Shown: positions 9,714 through 19,757 of the stretch, piece by piece
Layout of the letters: each line of letters starts with the position of its first letter
Numbering within the stretch: the stretch's first letter is position 1
Source of the DNA: Oceanispirochaeta sp.
Lineage (GTDB): Bacteria; Spirochaetota; Spirochaetia; DSM-2461
Direction: 5' to 3'
Length of the DNA stretch: 64,000 bases
Assembly: GCA_963663385.2 (NCBI GenBank)
Contig: CAXXXD010000002.1
Coordinates: 544,001 to 608,000 of the forward strand
Translations under genes and position numbers: made by a program
Notes under the pieces: generated by a model
The model's database searches: none
What the model was told of the DNA's origin: nothing
What the model saw: only the letters and a program-made list of their open reading frames with translations

Positions 9714-10895
9714 ATGGTAGATCGAAGAATCCTGAACAAGTTGGAACAGATCGTAAATAAAGTGCCTGCCGTGGTATTATTAGGACCCCGTCAGGTAGGA
9801 AAAACGACTTTAGCTCAGCATTTTTCTGAATTGAAAGATTCTGTATATCTTGATCTGGAGTTTCCTGAAGATCTGTTGAAACTGGATGATCCTTTAATGT
9901 ATCTATCTCGATATAGTGATAAACTAATCATCCTTGATGAAATACAGCGTGTCCCGGATTTGTTTCTTGTTCTTCGGGGAGTGATTGATAAGAATCGCAG
10001 GGAAGGTAAAAAAGGCGAACAGTTCCTGCTTTTAGGTTCCGCTTCCATGGATTTAATGAGGCAATCATCAGAAAGTCTGGCCGGACGTATAAGTTATATC
10101 GAAATGTGCGGATTTAATGTGCTGGAGATTCTTGATAACAATCCACGAAATATTGATAGACTTTGGCTGAGAGGTGGTTTTCCTGAAAGCTATCTGGCTG
10201 AATCCGATCAAGACAGTATGGAGTGGCTTGAAATGTTGATCCGCACATATGTCGAAAGAGAAGTTCCTCAAATGGGATTTCGTATCCCCGCATCCAGATT
10301 ACGACGACTCTGGACAATGCTGGCTCATCTTCAGGGAGAGAATATTAATTTTTCTAAATTAGGTGGGAACCTGGAGGTCGACGGAAAAACGGTAAGTAAT
10401 TATCTGGATATTCTCATTGACCTGCTTCTTGTCAGACGCCTGAATCCATGGCATGAAAATGTAAAAAAAAGACTGGTGAAATCCCCACGGTTCTATGTGA
10501 GAGACAGTGGGTTAATGCATAGGCTTTTAGGAATCTCCCATATTGATGAATTAATGGGAAATCCTGTGTTGGGAAAGAGTTGGGAAGGGTTTGTTATAGA
10601 AAATATACTATCCGTACTGCCGAGCAGGATTGAACCGTACTATTATCGTACTTCCGCCGGTGCGGAAATTGATCTAGTCTTGAATATATCGGCTAGGGAA
10701 CGGTGGGCCATTGAGATAAAACATGGGATCGTACCCAGGATCCCATCCGGATTTAAGTTGGCATGTGAAGATATCGGAGCTACTCGTAAATTTGTAGTTT
10801 ACGGTGGTAATGAAGAGTTTCCAATTAAAAACAATACAACTGTAATTTCTCTGGAGAGAATTATGACTCTTCTGATTGATGAAATTGACAACTAA
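9714..10895 (+). CDS. AAA+ ATPase (AAA_14) with C-terminal DUF4143 domain
   Basis: GPRQVGKTT, ILDEIQ, LLGSAS, GGFPE, KSPRFYVRDSG, YYRTSAGAEIDLV...AIEIK. Confidence 0.9.
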   Translation: MVDRRILNKLEQIVNKVPAVVLLGPRQVGKTTLAQHFSELKDSVYLDLEFPEDLLKLDDPLMYLSRYSDKLIILDEIQRVPDLFLVLRGVIDKNRREGKKGEQFLLLGSASMDLMRQSSESLAGRISYIEMCGFNVLEILDNNPRNIDRLWLRGGFPESYLAESDQDSMEWLEMLIRTYVEREVPQMGFRIPASRLRRLWTMLAHLQGENINFSKLGGNLEVDGKTVSNYLDILIDLLLVRRLNPWHENVKKRLVKSPRFYVRDSGLMHRLLGISHIDELMGNPVLGKSWEGFVIENILSVLPSRIEPYYYRTSAGAEIDLVLNISARERWAIEIKHGIVPRIPSGFKLACEDIGATRKFVVYGGNEEFPIKNNTTVISLERIMTLLIDEIDN

Positions 10896-10991
10896 TACTT
10901 ATTTAATCGCATAAAGTGAAGAACTGTACTCTTATCCCCACTCACATTGTGATGGAGTAAGGGAGATCTTCCTGAAAATTTGCAAAAAAAT

Positions 10992-11205
10992 CTACCCTAA
11001 AAACCAGGAGGCTGGTACGGCTGTAATGTTGTCGCTCACTTTATGAACTTTTCTGTTTGTTTTATTTCAAAAGCATAATATCCGTCAGGAGTTTCAATTA
11101 AAAGATCGACCTCTCTTCCATCGGTAGTTCTCAGATGGAAACATTCTGCCTGAATCTGCCATGTCTTTATCTGTTTGAAAATCTCACTTACAACGGCACT
11201 TTTTA
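10992..11205 (-). pseudogene. Remnant of the C-terminal DUF4143 domain of a second AAA ATPase
   Basis: Manual translation SAVVSEIFKQIKTWQIQAECFHLRTTDGREVDLLIETPDGYYAFEIK, then after a frame break DNITAVPASWFLG*; no start codon and no ATPase domain. Confidence 0.75.
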
Positions 11206-11282
11206 ACTAAATTGCAAATATTACGTCAAAAATAGCAAGTGTAGTGAAAATATTACGTCGGTAAAGAATATCGGAGTATAAA

Positions 11283-11315
11283 AAAGCCTGCTCCTCAATC
11301 AGAAGAGCAGGCTTT
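11283..11315. terminator. Probably bidirectional intrinsic terminator
   Basis: AAAGCCTGCTC...GAGCAGGCTTT with A and T tails, downstream of the carboxylase gene. Confidence 0.8.
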
Positions 11316-11347
11316 GTTTTGTTAACTGATATATAAAAAATATATTA

Positions 11348-14300
11348 TTACTTACAGTTTTTCATCCCTTCTTCAACCGATCTGATCAGATAAGGCCGGA
11401 TTGTCTCGGGCGTAACCACATCATCAATGGAACCGACCTCTTTGGCCCGGGCCACACTGTGAATCTGATCGAACTTCTGACCCAGGGATGTCTGCTTTTC
11501 ATTGTAGACTTTCTGGAAGAGCTCATCATAATCCTTCTGGGTGCACATTCCGCTGTCCAGGAAATTCCGGCACTCCGCAATCCGGGGATCCAGGTAGGTT
11601 TCCCGGCTGACTTCCCGGGGGAAGACGACCGCTGCCGCAGGCGCCCCTCCCAGTACGGAAGCGAAAGAGCCCTGTACCGCCCCGGCCCGCATATTGGGGT
11701 TCAGGGATTTGGAGAAGACAACGTAAGCCCCTCCATGATAACGGGCCACAACCAGGAATGAGATGGGACCTTTGAAGTTTACAATGGCCCGGCCGATCTC
11801 CGCTCCGTATTCAAGCTGAAGGTTCCGGAGACTTTCGGGTGAACCGTCGAATCCGGACAGGTTGGCCAGAATGACCAGAGGCATCCGGCCGGAGAAGGAG
11901 TTGATACCCCTGGCTACCTTTTTGGAGGACTGGGGAAACAGGGTTCCTCCTGTCCACATTTCCGGTCCGTCGTGGGGGATGGAGCCGAATCGGGGGAGGG
12001 GCCGGCTCTCGATGCCGATCATACCCGCCGCATATCCGCCTATTCTGGTTTCCCAGATGATGGAGGTATCCGCGTCCTTCATCCGCTGCCATCTTTCGAA
12101 GTAGCCGGCGTCTCTGTCTATGACGGAAGACATAACCTGACGGATGTCAAAAGGTTTCTTCCTGTCCGGGTTTTTATACATGCTGAAGATATCCCCGATG
12201 GTTTCAAATCCCTGATCCAGAAAATCATTGTAGGGTTCTTTTGTAATATCCCTGTTGGCAGGATCGTTTGTTGTCATTCGGGGGGGGAAAGACTCTCCCG
12301 GCGCTTTATAGCTGTATCTGTAGTGATCCAGGAGCATCTGATAGGCATCCGCCAGGGTGCGGGCCCGCAGCTGGGACTGGCCGTTGGGGGCCATTATCTT
12401 TTCCGCTCCGCCGATATCCAGGTTGGTTTCTCCCGAAACGGAACCGGAGAAGTCCAGGGCCCTTTTTCCGGTGAGCAGCATGGATGCGTCGTCGGTCATT
12501 ATCAGGATACCCTTGTTGTGCATAAGCATGGTGGCTTCCGCATTCCAGTAGGACTGGGCTCCCACATTAACACCGGGGACGATAACATTGATCTCTCCGC
12601 CGTTCTGGGTAAACTCTATAATCCGTTTCAGCGCCGCTGCGGTCCAGTCCAGGTTTTCCGTACCGGTCTGCATATCGATCTTGGCTCCCGAGGAGACAGG
12701 CAGCCACTCAACCGGGATCTGCCGTTCTTCCGCCAGATCCAGAGCGCCTATGACACAGCGGGATTCCGGTTCGGCCAGGCTGCCCAGGTCCTTTGTGGGA
12801 TCCGACAGGATAATCACCCTTTCCAGAGTCGTTTTATGATCGGGGTGGGGGTGTCTGATAATACCGAAAACCATATTGGATCTGTTTTCGCCGAAGATCC
12901 TGTCTTTGACGGAAACCGTCGTCTGCTCTCCATCAGGGCTTACTTCGATATCATACTCTTCAAAATCTCCTCTGGGGAATCCCTTGTAAAGGGGGAGTCC
13001 CGAATAGGTTATCATTTTGAGGAACTCGTAGGGGTAGACCATATTCCGCTGACGGGCCCGTACCACTTTTCCTGTGTAGCTGTCCTGGATTTCCAGGGCG
13101 TGGGTCTGGGGCTTGCGGCTCCGCATGGTGAACTGGTCCTGGGAGATATTGCTGATAATCAGTTCCAGTTCCCGCACCTTATCTTCGGACCAGCGTTTCC
13201 GTCTTGTGTAGACAACAATCTTCTCCAGTCCCAGATCATGGGTCTGGGGGAGGATGTTCAGTCCGTAGTTCTGCATCTGTTTCAGTTTCAGGTTGGCCAG
13301 GGAGCGGTTGTGCATGATGATGCGGTTCCACTGCAGGCGGAATTTATACTTGGCCTGAACCGAACGCATGGCAAATACCGCGTCGTTAAAGGCGTTTTCG
13401 AAGAGGATCATCCGGTCTATATTATGTTCATCCGCCCATTCGGGTTTGGGATCGGTAAAACTGGCCAGGGCAAAGAGTCTCTTTTCCCTGGGATTTTCGA
13501 TGGCTGTGGATTCCAGAAGGGTTACCGTATTGGATTTATAGAGAACCGTATGATCAAAATTCTGCAGTCTGATAACCCGGAGCTCCCGGAATTCCAGGGG
13601 GCTGAATCCCCGGGCCAGGCGGTACTCTTCCCAATGGTTTTCATGGTTCAGAAAGGTCCGGTAGAACTGGGGTTCCTTTGCCGAAAACCAGCCGACACAG
13701 AGTTTTCTGACCCTGGAATCTATTGTCCAGGGAGCCTTGTCCAGGTAGGCCGTTTCCGCCGGTTTTTCAGCGCGGATAACAAGAGTTATGGTTATATTTT
13801 CCTTCCACCCGGATAGGGAAACCAGTTCATTTATCAGGCTTTCCCTCATATCCTCTATATCTACAACACAGGTGATATCTTTATGCAGGACATTCAGATC
13901 AAGGTTCTGACTTTCGCAGAAATAGGCATTCAGCCCTTCTGCGCTTCGGATTTCTCCTTTTTTGAACTCCCTGTCCCTGTTCAAACGGCGTCCCATGGCT
14001 TCAAGGCCGAGGGCGTTGTGCTTCGGATTGTTTTCCAGGGCCATTTCAGCCAGTCTATCCATGATATCCGCGGCCGAATCGATGATAACATCCATAAACC
14101 CGTTTCGTTCGCTCTCTTCAAGCATCTTCTCAATGGCTTCACTCTGGAGTCTTTTTATTTCATCGACTGTTACGGTATCGATAATTTTATACCTGGCGTA
14201 CAGGGCCGCATCGGCCGCAGAGGGATCGATTGTCTGGGTCAGAGCAACAATCCGTCCGATTACCCCGGACAGTTCCGGGTGGTCTTCCCTGGAAATCGGA

Positions 14301-16837
14301 AGAGATTCCAGAGCAAAAAGTATCTGCTTAAGGATGTCGTGTTTCTTGTTAAGCCGGCCGTGAGACTGGAAAATATGAAAAAGTGCCTGGTTTCTGGTCC
14401 TCTTGTCCGTATCTTCCGGATGGTAGAAAGCGGTACAGCGGTTCAGGTCATTAAGAAAACCTTCCGGAAGTCCCTTCTCTCTGTCTTTATCCCGTAAAAA
14501 GTAGTGGGTCAGCATTTCCTGATAACTCATAGGTCTGGCGAAGCTGTTGTTCAGCACTTCCTTGCTGGTAAAAAGCTGTTCAACCGCTGTGTAGGCATCG
14601 AGTATACGGATCAGTTCGGGTACCAGACGTCTTTTGTAACCGCTGTTGGCCGAGGCAAAGTCAAAGAGCTGTTTGAAAGCTTTCAGGGAAGATGAACCGT
14701 AGTCGAATCCCAGGAAAACAGCATTCAGTTTTCTCAGGAGATATTTCCATTTTTCCTCGCCATCCACCTGCATGTTGTCAAAGGAGACCGGTTCGGCCGT
14801 TGCTTTTTCCTCTTCTTCCTCCTGATCCTTCAGATCAAGCATCACAAGAGCCTGACCGGCTGTAATCTGGGCGCCGTCGCCGACGCAGATTTCGCTGACC
14901 ACACCGTCCCCGGGGGATTCAACAAGCATCTCCATCTTCATGGCTTCCAGAATCAGAAGGATATCTCCCTTCTTCACCTTCTGTCCCACTTCCGTATTGA
15001 CAGACAGGACTATGGCGGGTGAGGGAGATTTGACGTATCCTCCGGAATCGCTTTCCAGCATAACCGGGTAGCCGTCGACTTCGCACTGCATCATATCGGC
15101 CCGGTTGACCATCAGGATATTGTAGCGTTTCTCATTCAGAATCAGCAGGGATTCCTGATCTCCCTTCCGGTAGCGGCAGATCAGGTCCTTGTCTTCATAA
15201 CGGATATGGAAAGTGTCTCCTCCCATATCCCGTACCTGGAACTTATAGCTGTTACCGGAACTGGTCAGGCTGATTTCGTACCCCTCGGCATTCTGCAGGG
15301 TCCGGGGACGGCCGATCCGGCTGATCTCTTCTTCGAAATTGATATAGTCTGTTCCGAACTGCCTGTAATACATTTCAACGGCACCGGCCAGGAGGGCGGC
15401 ACGGGTTTTTTCTTCCTGCTGCTCTACAATACGGGTTTTAAGCAGCTCTTCAACAAACCCTGTATGTACACCCCCTGCTTTAATCGCTTCATGATTGAGG
15501 AGTTCCAGAAGGAACGCCCGGTTGGTTGTGCCGTTATGGATATTGATCCGGAGGGCATGAAGGGCCTGTTCCAGTCTGGCCAGAGCTTCGGGCCTGGTGG
15601 GTGCGTGGGCAATTACTTTTGCTACCATGGAGTCGAACTCTGACGGTATGGTACTGCCCTGTTCAATTCCGGAATCCACACGTATCCCGGGACCGGCCGG
15701 GGCTTTAAACAGGATGATATTTCCCGGGGCCGGGCTGAAATCCCGGTCAGGATCTTCCGCATTCAGCCGGACTTCCGCAACAGCCCCCATGGGGATTCTG
15801 TCTGCCAGATCCAGTTTTTTTCCTCTGGCTACATCAATCTGGCCTTTTACAAGATCCACACCGTAGAGGGTTTCCGTGATGGGGTGTTCCACCTGAAGCC
15901 TGGTATTGACTTCCATAAAATAGAACTCCTTCCGGTCCAGATCGTAGAGGTATTCAACCGTACCGGCTCCGGTGTAATCCGCCGCCAGGATAAGCCGTTT
16001 GGCCGCCTCCTGCATCTCGGTCAGCATCTCTTCCGGAAGACCAACCGGGGGTGTCTCTTCAATGATTTTCTGATTTTTCCTCTGTACCGAACAGTCCCTT
16101 ACGCCAAAGGTATAAACCGCTCCGTGTCTGTCCGCCAGGGCCTGGACTTCCAGGTGTCTCCCTTTAACAACCAGAGCTTCTATAAAAACGATATCGTTTC
16201 CGGTAATACGGAGAGTCTCTTCCTGAGCGGATTTGAACTGGTGAGCCAGTTCCTCCGGGGTCCTGACAAACCGGATCCCCCGGCCTCCGCCTGCGTTGGC
16301 TGCCTTTACGATAACCGGGTATCCGATCTCTTCGGAAATCTTCCCGGCATCAGCCAGGTCCTTTACGGCTCTCTTACTCCAGGGAAGTATGGGAACATTG
16401 GCGCTGTCTGCCAGTTCCTTGGCTTCTATCTTGTCTCCCAGCAGGGACATGGCCCTGCTGGAGGGACCCATGAATACAATCCCTTTATTCTCTATTTTCT
16501 CTGCAAATACGGCGTCTTCAGAAACGAAGCCCCATCCTACCCAAATGGCATCACATTTTTTCCTGTCCAGGCCTTCGATCATCAGTTCATGATCCAGGTA
16601 GGGGGATTTCTGTTTACCCGGGAAACCGGACAGATCCGACAGGAGCAGAACATCGTCTGCCATTTTGACAAACGGGGCGTCCTCTTCCACTTCAATATAA
16701 AATGCCACTGTCTGCATATTCGTACCGTAAAGGGTGTTATATTCCCTAACGGCTCTGATAAAACGCAGGGCGGCTTCTCCCCGGTTGATAATACCGATTC
16801 TGGCATTATCTTTCAGAATGACTGTATCCTTCTGCAT
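11348..16837 (-). CDS. Single-chain multidomain acyl-CoA carboxylase (biotin carboxylase-BCCP-central region-carboxyltransferase)
   Basis: BC motifs GGGGRGIR, RDCSVQRKNQK, MEVNTRLQVEHP; biotin attachment site EAMKM; CT motifs SSGAKI, ILANLSGFDG, GGAYVV. Confidence 0.92.
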   Translation of the reverse strand: MQKDTVILKDNARIGIINRGEAALRFIRAVREYNTLYGTNMQTVAFYIEVEEDAPFVKMADDVLLLSDLSGFPGKQKSPYLDHELMIEGLDRKKCDAIWVGWGFVSEDAVFAEKIENKGIVFMGPSSRAMSLLGDKIEAKELADSANVPILPWSKRAVKDLADAGKISEEIGYPVIVKAANAGGGRGIRFVRTPEELAHQFKSAQEETLRITGNDIVFIEALVVKGRHLEVQALADRHGAVYTFGVRDCSVQRKNQKIIEETPPVGLPEEMLTEMQEAAKRLILAADYTGAGTVEYLYDLDRKEFYFMEVNTRLQVEHPITETLYGVDLVKGQIDVARGKKLDLADRIPMGAVAEVRLNAEDPDRDFSPAPGNIILFKAPAGPGIRVDSGIEQGSTIPSEFDSMVAKVIAHAPTRPEALARLEQALHALRINIHNGTTNRAFLLELLNHEAIKAGGVHTGFVEELLKTRIVEQQEEKTRAALLAGAVEMYYRQFGTDYINFEEEISRIGRPRTLQNAEGYEISLTSSGNSYKFQVRDMGGDTFHIRYEDKDLICRYRKGDQESLLILNEKRYNILMVNRADMMQCEVDGYPVMLESDSGGYVKSPSPAIVLSVNTEVGQKVKKGDILLILEAMKMEMLVESPGDGVVSEICVGDGAQITAGQALVMLDLKDQEEEEEKATAEPVSFDNMQVDGEEKWKYLLRKLNAVFLGFDYGSSSLKAFKQLFDFASANSGYKRRLVPELIRILDAYTAVEQLFTSKEVLNNSFARPMSYQEMLTHYFLRDKDREKGLPEGFLNDLNRCTAFYHPEDTDKRTRNQALFHIFQSHGRLNKKHDILKQILFALESLPISREDHPELSGVIGRIVALTQTIDPSAADAALYARYKIIDTVTVDEIKRLQSEAIEKMLEESERNGFMDVIIDSAADIMDRLAEMALENNPKHNALGLEAMGRRLNRDREFKKGEIRSAEGLNAYFCESQNLDLNVLHKDITCVVDIEDMRESLINELVSLSGWKENITITLVIRAEKPAETAYLDKAPWTIDSRVRKLCVGWFSAKEPQFYRTFLNHENHWEEYRLARGFSPLEFRELRVIRLQNFDHTVLYKSNTVTLLESTAIENPREKRLFALASFTDPKPEWADEHNIDRMILFENAFNDAVFAMRSVQAKYKFRLQWNRIIMHNRSLANLKLKQMQNYGLNILPQTHDLGLEKIVVYTRRKRWSEDKVRELELIISNISQDQFTMRSRKPQTHALEIQDSYTGKVVRARQRNMVYPYEFLKMITYSGLPLYKGFPRGDFEEYDIEVSPDGEQTTVSVKDRIFGENRSNMVFGIIRHPHPDHKTTLERVIILSDPTKDLGSLAEPESRCVIGALDLAEERQIPVEWLPVSSGAKIDMQTGTENLDWTAAALKRIIEFTQNGGEINVIVPGVNVGAQSYWNAEATMLMHNKGILIMTDDASMLLTGKRALDFSGSVSGETNLDIGGAEKIMAPNGQSQLRARTLADAYQMLLDHYRYSYKAPGESFPPRMTTNDPANRDITKEPYNDFLDQGFETIGDIFSMYKNPDRKKPFDIRQVMSSVIDRDAGYFERWQRMKDADTSIIWETRIGGYAAGMIGIESRPLPRFGSIPHDGPEMWTGGTLFPQSSKKVARGINSFSGRMPLVILANLSGFDGSPESLRNLQLEYGAEIGRAIVNFKGPISFLVVARYHGGAYVVFSKSLNPNMRAGAVQGSFASVLGGAPAAAVVFPREVSRETYLDPRIAECRNFLDSGMCTQKDYDELFQKVYNEKQTSLGQKFDQIHSVARAKEVGSIDDVVTPETIRPYLIRSVEEGMKNCK

Positions 16838-17145
16838 AATCCTTCCTTTGCTGTTTCGGAATCATTCCGGCGCTGCAGACGCCTTCGGTTGGGATGATTC
16901 CGATTTGTTCAAAATACGGTTTTCGGTTTTTATTCGGTATACGGTTTCATGGACCCTGCATTTTTCTGCGGCCCTGACCGAATACTATCTACTCCGTCAT
17001 TATAATAGTAGAGCAGATCTTTATTTTGACATTTTTATACAATTTGTCAATATCGAAGGGGTGGATTCAGGATAAGAGACTGTGAAAAGGGGTAAGAGGA
17101 AGGGGTAAGAGGGGACGGAGCTATGTTGTTATGCCCGCAATAATC

Positions 17146-17712
17146 TTAATCCTGCTGGAAAAACTCTATTGCTTCATTGATCGATTCGGCTAATTCCCTC
17201 ATCTCGGCAGCCACAACCTTGAAGGCATCGCCTTTGTTCCCTATTTTGGCCGCCTGAATAGTACCGTTCAGAGAAAGTACCATCATGGTTTCGGCAATGT
17301 TACTGATCCGGGTAACCGCCTCCCGGCGGATAGCTTTTTCTTTATTTCTCTCTTCTTCTTTGCTGAGTATCTCTTCCACAATAACGGTTGCCATTTTCTG
17401 GAGAGGCTTGACTACTTCGGGATCCCCGCCGATGCCTATACAGCCTATAAGTTGCCCCTTATATCGGATCCGCCCGTTATAGCCGGCCTTGGCACCTTTT
17501 ATTGTCTGGACCATTTCGGGGGTAATGGCAATTTCCTTGCATTCGCCCCTCATGATTCTGGCCCCGCCTTCATGAATTGTTCCTACCCTTCTGGGATCTG
17601 CCGATGCAATAATCACACCGTTTCCGGTCATAATATTAACATCTCCGTTGGTAATTTCATGGATAATAGATACGACACGCTCGGAAAGTTCTTTACTTAA
17701 TGAATAGACCAT
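17146..17712 (-). CDS. Sugar-diacid recognition (CdaR N-terminal-like) domain fused to a short MCP signalling segment
   Basis: VNIMTGNGVIIASADPRRVGTIHEGG; C-terminal LSLNGTIQAAKIGNKGDAFKVVAAEMRELA. Confidence 0.8.
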   Translation of the reverse strand: MVYSLSKELSERVVSIIHEITNGDVNIMTGNGVIIASADPRRVGTIHEGGARIMRGECKEIAITPEMVQTIKGAKAGYNGRIRYKGQLIGCIGIGGDPEVVKPLQKMATVIVEEILSKEEERNKEKAIRREAVTRISNIAETMMVLSLNGTIQAAKIGNKGDAFKVVAAEMRELAESINEAIEFFQQD

Positions 17713-17955
17713 AATTGTACTCTTTGTAGGTTTTTAATTAGATAACTGGATGTCTGCTTATCAGACAAGTGAATTCTATCATGGGACATATGGGCTGTCA
17801 AATAGATTTACGGAAGGATCAGATGAGCAATCCAACCAATTTTGCGGCGGATTCAGAAGTCTGAAACGCTTCTCTTTCAGCTTATAAAAGCCTCCATAGA
17901 AATAATAGCCGGCATTCAGGCAAATACCGGCCTTAACAGGATTGTGACAGAAATA

Positions 17956-17988
17956 AAAAACCGTTCCGATATGCCCGGAACGGTTTTT
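17956..17988 (-). terminator. Intrinsic terminator of amtB-glnK
   Basis: AAAAACCGTTCCG...CGGAACGGTTTTT. Confidence 0.8.
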
Positions 17989-18018
17989 AGGTTCGTTCAG
18001 TCTGCTTACGGGGCAGAA

Positions 18019-18360
18019 TTATCCGATAGCTTTCTTACCCCGTTCTCCTGTACGGATACGGACACACTCTTTTAATTCTGTTACAAAGATTTTTCCGTCT
18101 CCTATATTCCCGGTGCGTGCTCCTTCGCAGATGGCATCTATGGTGGTCTCCAGAAAGGGTTCGCTGACGGCTATTTCTATCTGAATTTTATTTCTCAGTA
18201 TTACTTCGCTGTGTACACCGCGGAAGGATTCGTCATATCCCTTCTGCTGTCCGCATCCTTTTGCGGAGGTCACGGTCATTTTATGAACATCCGCTTCGAA
18301 GAGGGCTTTCTTCACATCTTCGAATTTCTGGGGTTGAACCAGGGCGGTAATTAAATACAT
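18019..18360 (-). CDS. glnK: P-II nitrogen regulatory protein
   Basis: GARTGNIGDGKIFV...RIRTGERG; directly downstream of amtB. Confidence 0.93.
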   Translation of the reverse strand: MYLITALVQPQKFEDVKKALFEADVHKMTVTSAKGCGQQKGYDESFRGVHSEVILRNKIQIEIAVSEPFLETTIDAICEGARTGNIGDGKIFVTELKECVRIRTGERGKKAIG

Positions 18361-18388
18361 ATTCTCTTTTCTCCTATTCCAAGGGGAT

Positions 18389-19717
18389 TTAATCTATAAT
18401 CTGAAAGCCGTAGTAGGATTCCAGTCCGTGTTCGCCTATATCCAGTCCCAGGTTCTCTTCATCCCGGGTTACCCTAAGACCAATGGTCAGATCAATCACC
18501 TTGAAAATCGTACCCATGGTAATAAGGACAAAGGTTATTATAGACGCGATACCCAACAGCTGGATGCCGAGCTGGGCAAATCCTCCGCCGTAAATCAGTC
18601 CGTCAGAGGGAAGCCCAAGGGATGATTTCCCGAATATCCCTATGGCGAGGGTTCCCCATATGCCGTTAACGCCATGAACGGGAAAGGCTCCGACCGGATC
18701 ATCGATTTTCATTTTGTCCAGACTGAGAGCAACCAGTACGACCAGCACACCGCCTATGGCTCCAATCGTGATAGCAGCCCAGGGATCAATAAAGGCACAG
18801 GGCGCTGTTACAGCCACCAGTCCGGCCAGGGCACCGTTCAAAGCCATGGAAAGGTCCGGTTTACCTGAAAACTTCCATATGGTAATCATAGCCAGAATTC
18901 CGCCGGCTGCCGCTGCCAGGTTGGTATTGATGGCTACCCGGGCAATCAGATCTCCGTTTCCGACAGAGAGAGTTGATCCGGGGTTAAAGCCGAACCAGCC
19001 GAACCAGAGGATAAAAACTCCCAGAGCCGCCAGTGGGATATTGTGACCTGCAATCATTTTAACTGATCCGTCCGGTCTGTATTTTCCGGTCCGGGGTTTC
19101 AGCATTATTGTTCCAACCAGAGCTGCAACGCCCCCTGTGGTATGAACAACACCGGAGCCGGCAAAATCATTGAATCCAATGGCTGCCAGCCATCCGCCGC
19201 CCCAGACCCAGTGTCCGATTATGGGATAGATAAAGGCTGAAATAAGGAAAGAATAGATCAGGTAGGCCTGAAACTTCATCCGTTCGGCCATTCCTCCCGC
19301 AACAATTGTGGCGGCGGCTCCGCAGAAGGCCGCCTGAAAAAGCCAGAACGCAAAGAGGGGGACTCCGGCAGGGGTTTCTGCGCCTTTCATAAACCAGCCG
19401 GTCAGGCCCAGAAAGCCATTCCCGGTGCCGAACATGAGAGCATAGCCAAAGAGAAAATATCCCAGAGAGGCCATACAGAAGTCCAGAAAGTTTTTGGTCA
19501 GGATGTTAGTTGTATTCTTTGCTCTGATAAACCCGGCTTCAACCATCCCGAAACCGGCCTGCATGAAAAATACAAGAAAAGCGGCAAAAAGAACCCAGAA
19601 TGTATTCAGGCCCCTGATAATATCCGTCATACCGGCATCCGCGGCAGAAAGGAACGAAACCGGAAGGATTAGCAGCAGTGCCATTAATCCTCCTCTACCT
19701 CTTAAAAAAGTCTTCAT
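18389..19717 (-). CDS. amtB: Ammonium transporter
   Basis: FMQAGFGMVEAG, DFAGSGVVH, WFGWFGFNPGS, DDPVGAFPVHG; start placed at MKTFL after a GGAG RBS. Confidence 0.95.
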   Translation of the reverse strand: MKTFLRGRGGLMALLLILPVSFLSAADAGMTDIIRGLNTFWVLFAAFLVFFMQAGFGMVEAGFIRAKNTTNILTKNFLDFCMASLGYFLFGYALMFGTGNGFLGLTGWFMKGAETPAGVPLFAFWLFQAAFCGAAATIVAGGMAERMKFQAYLIYSFLISAFIYPIIGHWVWGGGWLAAIGFNDFAGSGVVHTTGGVAALVGTIMLKPRTGKYRPDGSVKMIAGHNIPLAALGVFILWFGWFGFNPGSTLSVGNGDLIARVAINTNLAAAAGGILAMITIWKFSGKPDLSMALNGALAGLVAVTAPCAFIDPWAAITIGAIGGVLVVLVALSLDKMKIDDPVGAFPVHGVNGIWGTLAIGIFGKSSLGLPSDGLIYGGGFAQLGIQLLGIASIITFVLITMGTIFKVIDLTIGLRVTRDEENLGLDIGEHGLESYYGFQIID

Positions 19718-19757
19718 TGTTTTGTGTTCTCCAGAAATTGAGTTTGATTTATTAAAA

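Noticed and set aside
11972..13816. 614-aa plus-strand ORF (also 15884-16897)
   Set aside because: Antisense shadow of the carboxylase gene; no recognisable motifs
17087..17112. Tandem AAGGGGTAAGAGG x2
   Set aside because: Only two short copies and no spacers; not a CRISPR array
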